A stretch of DNA of 64,000 nt from Pelomyxa schiedti (lineage: Eukaryota; Protista; Evosea): positions 1-64,000 of the forward strand of contig JAHLWZ010000690.1 of the NCBI GenBank assembly GCA_020536535.1, read 5' to 3'. The notes below the pieces were generated by a model. It ran no database searches, was not told the DNA's origin, and was given only the letters and a program-made list of their open reading frames with translations. Shown in pieces: positions 25,080 through 34,900 of the stretch. How positions within the stretch are numbered: position 1 is the first letter of the stretch; each line of letters starts with the position of its first letter. The position numbers were made by a program, and so were the translations under genes.

Positions 25080-27035
25080 TTATAGAATATCTCGATTACA
25101 GGGATCGTAGTGCGTGATTACATATGGGAAGTCAGGCCTGTTGCGGAGCCACTCAGTAACAAGAGGTGACCCCCAGAATGGATCCTCATATCCAGGAACA
25201 GGCATCCCAAGGGTGCAGCAAGTAACCCCTCCCACAATCACTGTTCGGCTTAGTGCGGATTCCTGCTGCAGTTCCTGGTGTTGATGGAAGCTGGAGTTCT
25301 TGGGGGTATTGGGTATTTTCTGGTGTGGGGTGATGCTGAGGTTGACTACGTATTCAAGGTCTGTGAGTTGGGGTTTTCCGAGGGTGTGTGGAAGATTCCA
25401 TGTGTTGTTTGTGAATACCGGGTGGTCCGCGGTGATTTCTAGAATTCCACTCGCATCAACGGTGATAACCGGCACTGGCGTTGAAAGTAAGCACCTTGAA
25501 ATAGTGAGATTGAATAGTAAAATTAAATCCAACTATTAAATATTGAAAGTTGATTGAGGTGAAACTAACTTCCAAATACAGGAAACAGAAGCTGTGCCAC
25601 CATCAGCAGTAGAGACTTCATCACCAACTCTTAGCTTGGATAATGGCACCACACTTCCATCCACTAGGGAAATTGTGGAGCGGGGCCCAAAGCACACTGG
25701 CTCACGGGATGGGTTAGGCTAAGGTATATAAGTTCATTACTATTTCTTGTGGAGGCAATTACCTTGGGGAGAACAAAATCGGGAACTGTCCACTCGGGAT
25801 CAAATAAGAAGGTAGGGTTTTTCCACTCAAGGTCAGATTTCAAGTTGGGTATAAGCCAGGGCCCATTTAGTGCACAAGTCCAAAGGGGCTCTGTCTTAGC
25901 GAGCTGATAGAACTTTATGCAAGTGCGAGAAACCTTTACCAGGGAAATAAAGTCGAGGTATATAAATACGTCTAATCAGCGGTTAGTGTTCAATAAAGTT
26001 GGTTAGGTAACAACCAAGCCAAATGTGTGTTGGCAGACTCTCCAGTCTTGCTTGTACTATGGTAGTTGAATGGAGACGCAATGGTTTCTCCGGTAGTGTA
26101 CTTCAGCAAGAGTAGGTAAAAAATAGAAAGGAGAATAAGTGTGACCTGGGTACTGAACTGGGCCTTTTTGAGAAGAAACTGAAGAAGCCACCAGATTTCT
26201 TGGGTTTTCTTTGACTGGCCTGAAGAGCCGCACGGGCTGCCTCTTCAAATATACTGTCAATCCCATACAGTTTCAAGGCACTAGACAAAAATAGAGCCAG
26301 TTTCGCAAGGTGTAATTCGAAATCACCTGCATTGGAAGTAGCCATACGACTGCGTCCTAACAGCAGCTTGTACCCCTTCGCCTTGAGATATACAACGGTC
26401 ATCACGATCTGCTTGCAGACCAACAAGGAGTACCAGTTTCTTAATTGATGTCATTTTGAGAAAAATGGGACAGACCTCAACCATTGGGTAGCCACTTCTT
26501 ATCTTTGGGTAAATTCCGTGTATAGCCTCATTGAAGGAGCTTCTGCTGCCAACAGAGAAACATAGCAATACCACTGAAGCAGTTTTCAACCTGTTTTGAC
26601 AGTTTGTTGGGAGGGGAAAAGAATGAGCGAACCCACCAATAGTCAATAGCAAGGTAATCCGAGTCATAACTAATTTACAAGACCACTTTGATTGAAGAAA
26701 AAGAGGAAGCCAGAGGTACATACTGCTCCCATATCTCCATAATTGCATCAACACCATCCACAGTCACAAGCTTTCGGTACTTATGTGGAAGTAAAAAAAA
26801 AAAGTTCGGGTTAGAAAGTGAAACGCACGGAGTCTTCTATAGTACAGTCATAACATGGCACATAATGGTGCTGCACATACCTACAAATAAAAGAAGGTCT
26901 CATTGAGCAAAACTGCTCAAAAAAAAAAAAAAAAAAAAAAACCCCGTTGTACCCAATCAACAGACAAGTCTTGCCCACGCCGCCCGAACCCATAACCGAC
27001 ACCTTAATGTGCTTTCTCCCTTCCAACCTACTCAT
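25080..27035 (-). CDS. Ras/Rho-like small GTPase + F-box + Vint-type Hint domain fusion
   Basis: GSGGVGKT, YDCTIEDS|YRK, LVGLQAD, YFQC; F-box-like VFIYLDFISLVKVSRTCIKFYQLAKTEPLW; Hint CFGPRSTISLVDGSVVPLSKLRVGDEV, ITADHP, VGGVTCCTLG..PFWGS. Confidence 0.8.
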
Positions 27036-27169
27036 GGGATAACGACGTCGACGAAAAAAAAAAAAAGGAGTGGAGGTTGGACCAAAGCCAGTCTTTATTC
27101 GAGAATGCCCTCGACACAACATCCAGACCCCTTGTCCGATTATGGGACAAGGTACCCGGTTGCTACTGT

Positions 27170-27312
27170 GCCAAGGTCACGTCGAAACCCTGATGGGCCA
27201 AAAGGCGTGCTACCGCTGCACCACTCGCTCTATTATGGGATCGGGCGAGGGGGGAGTCGAACCCCCGACTTCCTTCCCCGCAGGATAAGGCCCCTGGGCG
27301 TAGGACTGGCTC
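27170..27312 (-). ncRNA. Circularly permuted tRNA-like structure (3' half 27284-27242, linker, 5' half 27230-27201) closed by an outer stem
   Basis: T arm GGGGG-TTCGACT-CCCCC and CTCGCCC-G precede GAGCGAG-TG-GTGC-AGCGGTA-GCAC-G-CCTTT. tRNA invariant positions are retained. Confidence 0.75.
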
Positions 27313-27493
27313 GTGTTTTGGCATTGGAGCTCCATCGCCGAATGTTTTGGCTTTCGTCTTTTCTTCTCCTTGGACTGTCTATTCCCATTTCCAGGATTAT
27401 GGGTGGAGGGTCACTCGTGGAACAGTTCCAAGTAGCCCCGAAGAACGGCATCGTGATCGACTGATTCATGGAACTTCTCCAAAAAGAACAACC

Positions 27494-28110
27494 ATGAAGG
27501 TACGCGACCTGCTGCTACAGCGACAGCTACGTCAAGCCACAACCACAAGCACCACGGCCACGTCACCGACCCCTCTCCCTGTCACCCTTACAACAACTAA
27601 CGCAAGCACCGGCGAGGCGTCCCTCCCACATTCCGCGTCCACCTCCGGAGATGATCGGGGCGGCGCCTCCATTATGGGAGTGTGCACGACCCCACTACCT
27701 GCGCCCATAATTACGCCATTGCCGGCTGCGCGTTACGGTTGGCTGGCGCGATCTCCGTGGTCCATCGTCGGGCCGCTGGTCGGGGTCTCGTCCCACTGGC
27801 ATACCCTATCGAGGTTCGTTGCGGTTTCTGTGTTGTTGTTGCACTGACACACTTGATGCAGGAGGATTAGAGGAATGACGTGGAAGGGATTGGTTGCGGG
27901 GAGCAAGGCACGAGGGACAAGGTGGTGCGGGTATGTAGTTGGAGGGACTGTCGTGTGCGCTAAGCTGGGGTGGTGCGGCTGCGTTGGGTTCTGGCTTATG
28001 GGATTCCCATTCTTCCGGCTGTTGGCACTGGAGAGTACCAGTATTGCTATGGAGGCTGCTAATCAATAGTGGGACGTTCAACTATCAATAGATTTGGAGT
28101 GTGTGCCTAA
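27494..28110 (+). pseudogene. Probable decayed member of a lineage-specific gene family
   Basis: T-rich N-terminal ORF, frame change and an early TAG; no recognisable domain. Confidence 0.3.
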
Positions 28111-28238
28111 GGTAGAGAGCTCTCTTGTTGATCTTGACTAAAACACAAGATAATGCATTCTTGGAGAGTAACTTTTTTCTTTTTCTATGGACAGAAAAGA
28201 GTTACGCCTTTTTGTTTTTAACGAAGTAATACAAGCAA

Positions 28239-28678
28239 TCAATCTAGGTCATCATCATCAAAGTCATCAGGGAATGCTGCGACATTAATGTTGGAGTTGG
28301 TTTTTGATGGAGAAGTGTATAGTTTCAACTCAACTATTCAGGTACGATAAATAGTAACGTACAGTTGTAAAAGTTCTCGTGCAGTAAAATGTCCTTGCGA
28401 GCACGGAGCTCGTCAACAGAGAACGCACCACGAAAGTCATCCTCGTCATTCATGAAATCTACAACAACACACGGCTCATAAGAAAACAATACAGAAAAAA
28501 AAGAAATACCTTCAGGGGAGAACCCGCCAGTCCGAAAGCCACCCATCCCCATAAACGGAAAAGCGTCGCGGAAGTCCATCTCACCCACGTCGTTACTGTT
28601 TGGTTCTCTTCTTATTTTATTTGGATAAATACTCATCTGATGGCTTGTTGGAGGGTCATGATGAGAAACTCCTCTCAT
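28239..28678 (-). CDS. COPS9: COP9 signalosome subunit 9 (CSNAP/MYEOV2)-like small acidic protein
   Basis: Spliced C-terminus LLHENFYN|SFPDDFDDDDLD* matches the CSNAP F/D-rich tail (human VHADFFNDFEDLFDDDDIQ). The start may be 28579. Confidence 0.65.
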
Positions 28679-28811
28679 AGACTAGAGGAGATTTCGATGC
28701 GACTTTGGAGAGTGCTTGGGTGGTTACGGTGAAGACAGACAGAAAAAAGTGCTTCCGATACTTCGGATAATCAGTGATTATTTTTTTTTCGTATCGTCAT
28801 CGACGGTCAAC

Positions 28812-29851
28812 ATGAAGGTGGGTCCTCGTTCGTCGCAACATTCTCAGACACCACTCCCCATAAGTACTTAACGACAACAGAGGGGCATCGTAGTATCCGG
28901 GCTGTGTGCCCTTATTGGTCTTGTTTGCGTAGCTGCCGCAGTCGAGGAAGCGGTGGTGATTGGAGAGGGGGCAGAGGCCAAGGAGGCCGGGATTATGGGC
29001 GACGACCAGGCCGGCGTAATAATTAATGCGGAAGAGGGACTGAGGGCACACATTCTTGTTCGGAGGACCCTGGTGGAATCGGACGCCTACGTGACTGGAA
29101 AGAACTTGACTGTGTCCCTCTTTGTGATCAACATAGGAAACGCGTGCGTATTACGATTATGGGTGGGAGGTACATTATAATAATTATAATTATACTATGT
29201 CTACTTACTACTATAATCAATTCAGTTATCAATCATCCATCATCCATCATCCAAAAATCTAACTTTGCTCAGAGTAGCAAAAGAGGTAGAACTGTTGGAA
29301 GAATGGCCCAGCACTTGCAAACTCAGTGTTCCTGTTCCAATTGTTTTCACTACCATTGAGCCGTGTGTTTTCACATCCCTCTGCTCCATTTCTCATTTCA
29401 TTTGTTCCGAACAATATAAAGAGAGGAAGAAAAAAACATCACCTACTCCATTAACTGTGAGCAAGTTGGTGAATATGAAATCGCCCCAAGTAAATTTACT
29501 TACCAACTCGACGGAAAGACCACCAAACTTGTGGTGTGTACAAGTAGCTCCTCATCCATAATTTTTGCACTCAAATTCTTGCAGCGTGGCCTCACAACAC
29601 CAATTGGCAAGGTAGTTATACAAGATGCAGCTGAGTATGCACACAGAACTAACCCAAGAAGGGTGTGTAGCTCTCTTTCCGTTTAGTAATTGTATCTAAC
29701 AGCCGCACAGGTGGAGTGGTTGGTATTTGTGATCATATGTGCACTTCTTGTTGGGGGTCCATTTGCGGGCTGGTCCTACTACCAACTCAAGTATGACAAT
29801 GGCAACAATGGCAACAGCAACCACAACAACAACAAACCACACAGAAGGTGA
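28812..29851 (+). CDS. SSR2: Translocon-associated protein beta (TRAP-beta)
   Basis: Signal peptide, AHILVRRTL...VTGKNLTVSLFVINIGNA|VAKEVEL, C-terminal TM EWLVFVIICALLVGGPFAGW. Confidence 0.8.
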
Positions 29852-30079
29852 CATTTTAAAAATAACCATTCTTCAAGTTTTGATTTCGTGTAAGTTGTTA
29901 TTAACTATTTTGATCAGAATTTCTGCTGGCATCCTTGCCATGCCCTCATAATTGTGCCTCCGTGTAACAGGGGTCCCCCCCAGAATTGGCCCAACCACTT
30001 TTGCAGGGTTGAAAACCCTGGGAAGCTCCAGTAGTACTACTCCGAAAGATGAAAAATTTCTATTTTGTTGGGAAGATCG

Positions 30080-30939
30080 AGATCAGTGGTGTAAAAAGGC
30101 GATGCGCGCACCAACAAAAGGAAACAAATCAACAGCAACAACTACGACAATCGCACAAGGGCACCATTCAATGGGGTCTGTCGTTGTGGTGTCACAGGTC
30201 ACACACACTGATCGGATCACTCGATGACGAACACCAGCCACGCCGTTGAACAGCCTGGGGGGCTGCAGGTCGGTAGGATTTCTGGGTGACCGTGGGGGGG
30301 GCGTCGGCGCCCCGCTTCGGACACATCCCTCCTCGCAAGGGGGGGGTGGCTGTCGCGGCTCCACCGGTTGCCTCTTGCCCGCAAAAATATCCAGGGCCCC
30401 ACCCCATCCCCTCAATCCCTGTGGCTGGATCCCACGGCAACGCTGGCGGCTTGGCTTCCCTTGCTTCGGCTCCTCTCTGCTCACTTGCTCGCGCTGTGGC
30501 TTGTTTCTTCTTGTGGGATCTTACTTGCTTGCTGTTGATTTTTGAACTGACTCTCTGACGCCTCAAGAACGAACAAGTTGGGGTTGTGGGTGGCGCGGTG
30601 TTTCCCCCTTCGCCCGGGGGATCCACGTCCTCCCACACACCTCCTCTCGTTCCCTCTTTGGGGTTTGTGGATCTTGGTTCCCTGGCCCGGGAGCCCGGAT
30701 CTGTTGTCTGTTGGGACAACTCAAATGAACCAGTCTGGGCATGTTTCCCCCTTGGCCCGGGGGATCCACGTCCCCCTCTTGTTCTTTTGGGGGGGGGGCC
30801 TTGTGGGATTCCTGAGCCTCATGGCCAGGGGGCTCAGAATCCCACTCGGCCCCCCTTGCTGTGTGTGGGATATTTGGGCTTGTGGCCACAGGCCCAAATA
30901 TCCCACTCCGGTTGTCCTTCTCGGTTCAATTCTCCAATC
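30080..30939 (+). repeat. GC-rich structured repeat element, copy 2
   Basis: Reverse-complement homologue of 2991-3855 with many hairpins. Confidence 0.9.
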
Positions 30940-31011
30940 GTGTCAGTGGTGAAACGGTTATCATCACAGCTCTTGAAGCTGTTGTTCCGGGTTCAATTCC
31001 CGGCTGACACT
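30940..31011 (+). tRNA. tRNA(-like) gene, anticodon UUG (Gln?), atypical C33
   Basis: Complete 72-nt cloverleaf with A and B boxes; identical to the copy at 2919-2990. Confidence 0.8.
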
Positions 31012-31220
31012 TATACCTTCAGTGTCTGTTTATACTTTCCTATTCCTGCAGGTTTGAAACAATCTTATAGGCAAACTGATTCATATTACTTTGTTACGGA
31101 TTCATACTTGCTCTGGAATAACTTCCTACAGATGAATAGTATTTTTGCCACACCTACTTTGCACGAATACAACAAGTGTCATAACTTGCCAGCACCGCAA
31201 CTATGACGAATTCCCCTGCT

Positions 31221-31296
31221 AACGGTTATTATCATAACAGTTGTCTCTCCCGGAGCTGTTGTGCTGTTGTTCCGGGTTCAATTCACGGCTGAGACT
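31221..31296 (+). pseudogene. Degenerate tandem copy of the tRNA (expanded anticodon arm, 5' end lost)
   Basis: AACGGTTA..TCATAACAG ... GCTGTTGTTCCGGGTTCAATTCACGGCTGAGACT closely matches the intact tRNA. Confidence 0.7.
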
Positions 31297-31971
31297 TATA
31301 TCTCTTTCTATCTATTATTGTATGTTTTTTAACTTTACCACCTTCCTGATCACTAGGTTCTGATCTTTACGGCAAGCTGATTTCTGATTCACATTGTACT
31401 GTATAATTATATCATCAATGAATGTTTTGTCATCAGGTTATGGATATGAAAGACTTACCTTGCCCGAATACAGCAAGTTTGGCAGAATTTTTTCCTCCAG
31501 TAGATTTCACTTTTATACTGACGCACAAGTTTGTACTCACGCTACATAGCAACACACTTATATGGTAACGATTTAGAAAACTAATATGAGGGGTCCTCTA
31601 TAGGAGGACTACTGCGTTCTCCAGAATTGATCAGGAAAAAAAGCTGGTAGTGAGAACAAAGCCCTGGAGTAATTCTAAGCACTTCATTGGATTTTATTTA
31701 AAACACTTTCAGGTGGATAGCTTTTTGTTTATTTATTTATTGGCTACGGGGATGGAATGGTGTGGTTTGAAGATGTGAAGGTGGAAAAGGAACCGGTCCG
31801 CAGCCCACTTGTGGCTCATCATCAATTCGGTTAAAGCGATGTTTTTCGTCAGTTCCGGGAAGTCCAAATCACAAAATCTCAAAAGAACAACCAACAAAGA
31901 ACAAACTACAACAGACAGTTGTTATCTGTTATACGTTACCTGCCCGGCCCATCCACCCGCCAATAAATAGT

Positions 31972-34900
31972 ATGAGCGACGATGGCGGAGGAGTCGATTA
32001 TGGGGGAGGCACCCTCAAAATGATGATGGGACAAGCCCACCGCTACAACTCACGGTCCCCGTCCCCTTCCCCGGCGCAGCCACCATCAACAAACAACGGC
32101 AACTCGGCTTCATCAACACCATCCACGAGCAGGGAACCAGTGTCAACGTCATTGATGGGGAGAGACCTCAGGGTCAGCAGCGGGGGTGGCGGTGGCGGCG
32201 ACGGAGGGAGAGGCAATGCGAGTGGTGATTATGGGAGCAAAAGTAATGAGGGGGACGCAAATGCGGCACAGCTATCACAAAATTCACAACCTCAGTCAAA
32301 TGAATCCAATCCACAATCGCAATCACAATCAACTTCCTCAGCATCAAAGGAGAAAAGTGCCAAACAGAAGCAACCAAAGTGGCTTGTCACTCCATTTGGC
32401 ACTTTTGTGTGTTTGTGCTCCTCACTTTCCTTTTTTGGCTTGGAATTGATTCTGACCCGGATTTTTTATGAAATAGATTTTTGGAGACCTTATTGGGCGC
32501 GGGGCACAATCCAAAGTTTTCCGTGCCATGAGCACTGCTGGAACGTTTGTGGCAGTTAAAAAAATAAACACTATAGGTGTTGATCCTGCCATACTAGATG
32601 CTGTGAAGGTTCAACCTTTTGTTTTCTTGGTTTTTTTTGTTAATAGTGATCCAGAGAGAAGTTCAAATCCTCCAAATGGTTGAACATCCAAATATCATCA
32701 AGGTCATTGGACTCCACAAGACACCCAAGAGTCTATGTCTTGTACTAGAGTAAATCCCACTTGAAATAGCTTTATAGTGTAACTAATGTCAACACCAAAC
32801 AAGGTACGCTGAAAATGGCTCCCTAGATAGGTTATTGAAGGAGTTCTCAGCATTACCGGAGCCTCTCGTTCTTGCTTTTGCAAAGCAGGTGTGTTATTAT
32901 CCAAGTGTGTTAGTTTCTAACCGCATTTTAGATCCTCAGTGCCTTGGCATGTCTTCATGCAAAAAATATTATCCATAGAGATATTAAAGCAGGGAATTGC
33001 CTTGTATCCAAAGTAGTGCGAACTATGTTGAATATAAGTGATAATCTTCTCTTAGGATGGGTCTATCAAACTGGCCGATTTTGGCATATCTACGGTCATG
33101 CAGAATGATAACAAAAATTTTTCCCTTGTAGGAAGTCCGTTTTGGAGTACGTGCACTCTAATCTTGTTTCCATTAAATAAATACAGTGGCCCCTGAGGTT
33201 ATTCAAAATAATGGTCATAACACATTGTCCGATATTTGGTATACAACCTTTCTTATTCGATGATTGATCTAATACAACAAAGGAGTCTGGGCATAACAAT
33301 ATATGAATTAATTACGGGGAATCCGCCCTTCTATGAGTTATTCCTCCTCCATGACACTTTGCACCTTTATTCATTCTCTCCAGGGGAAGTGGTTTCAATG
33401 CTATGTTTCGAATAACTCAATGTGACATTCCCTCCCCAACCAACTGTTCAACTGTATGTAAACCGGTGAAGAGTATAAAACTCAGCAACGACATTAGGAA
33501 CTTCAAGATTTCCTTAAGTTGGCGCTGCAAAAAGATCCTAAAGATAGGCCAAGTGCTAGCAAACTGGCCCTCCACCCCTGGATCACAGGAGACAAGAGCG
33601 TCGGTTCTGTAACCTCACTGATTCAATTGCAAGAGATAGAAAGGCTACAACAAGAAGAAGAACAAAGAAAAGAGCAACAGAGACAGCTACAAGAACAGAG
33701 AAGACAAGCTCAACTGCGGCAATCTATGGAATTACGAAAGTCAAGGGATCAGAGCGCTGGAGCCCAGGAATCACCAGTACTTTTGATTTCCACATGTCTT
33801 TTCTGAGAATTTGCAGCAAGATATGTATGATAGCTTGAGATCATCAGGCCTACCCAGGGTTGATAACATTCTAGCCACACTCCTTGATCCAAGCTTAAAA
33901 AAAGGAGATGCGCAAGTGATGTATCTTTCTTTGTTTTCCTCACCGAGCTCTCACCTCGTTCAGACATGACACCAACTCTGCAGAACGTAGAACACAACGG
34001 CCAAGTGCCCCTCCTCAATGTTTCAAACTTGATATTCGTGGAGTTGAGGAGTACAATCCAGGAGAGATTCCATCATCCACTTCTGCTTTCACTCCACCTA
34101 GCCCCCTTTTACCCAAAGTTCCTGCCCCTGCATCAGCTCTAAAATTACCTACGTTCTCAGCTCACAGTATTGTCTCCCCACACACAAGACATTCCAGTCA
34201 CACCCCACCACAAGTCCCTGCCCTCCAGCTCAATCTACTGGGATCTAATCCACCCCCAACTTCTCCTCCACCAGAGCAACAACCAAAAGTTGTGCAGCAT
34301 CCCCTTTCAGCAGTACAGCCCTCTTTGCAACGCATACCATCATCAAACCGTGTTCGTAGCCCTGCATTAGCAGAGTTTACTAATTCTCCACGTCAGCGCG
34401 CTCCAAGCGGCGTTCCACCTGGATACAATCCACCATCGCAACCACGCACACCCTTTGTTAATACACCTTCATCACAACCTAGCCCTGTGCCTTTTTCCCC
34501 AAGACAGTCAAATCCATCCGGAGCCCATCTTCCCATTTATGTTAATCCCAGCATCACCCCCTCAGCAGTAGCTGCAAGTATATTTCGTGCACCCTCGCCT
34601 ACTTCTTCAGCACTTGTAGCCAATATTCTTAGAGGTCCAACACCCGATTCCTCACGCAGGCGCCACATTTCAATGGCTACACCACCTTCCACAGCCCCTA
34701 AGAAACCTCCTGAGGAAAGTCGCCCGGCTTCAGCTTCCCCACCCCCTGAAAAAAAACCTGACAAAGGAAAACGGCACCATCATCACAAGCACGAACATCA
34801 CCATCATCACACCCCTGAAATAACTAAACCCGACATTCCTGCGCCCCACCACATGCGAAAACGCAGCCAGACATGTGCGATAACTCCCCCTGCTTCATCA

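Noticed and set aside
30215-30240. GGATCACTCGATGACGAACACCAGC resembles 5.8S rRNA
   Set aside because: It lacks 12 internal nt and all downstream 5.8S motifs, and no other rRNA is nearby.
30305-30350. CCTCCTCGC like the HDV ribozyme P3/L3
   Set aside because: No compatible P1/P2 or J4/2 could be built; the G-run length varies between copies and a simple GCAA hairpin explains it. No hammerhead core was found either.
30599-30906. CRISPR array
   Set aside because: The hairpins are not identical direct repeats, there are no cas genes, and the context is eukaryotic.
30083-31206. ORFs of 100-200 aa across the repeat element (also 2814-3683)
   Set aside because: Frames are not conserved between copies and there are no RT, transposase or recombinase motifs.
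31453-31462. ACTTACCT resembling the U1 snRNA 5' end
   Set aside because: No U1 stem-loops or Sm site follow; it is part of the tandem unit.
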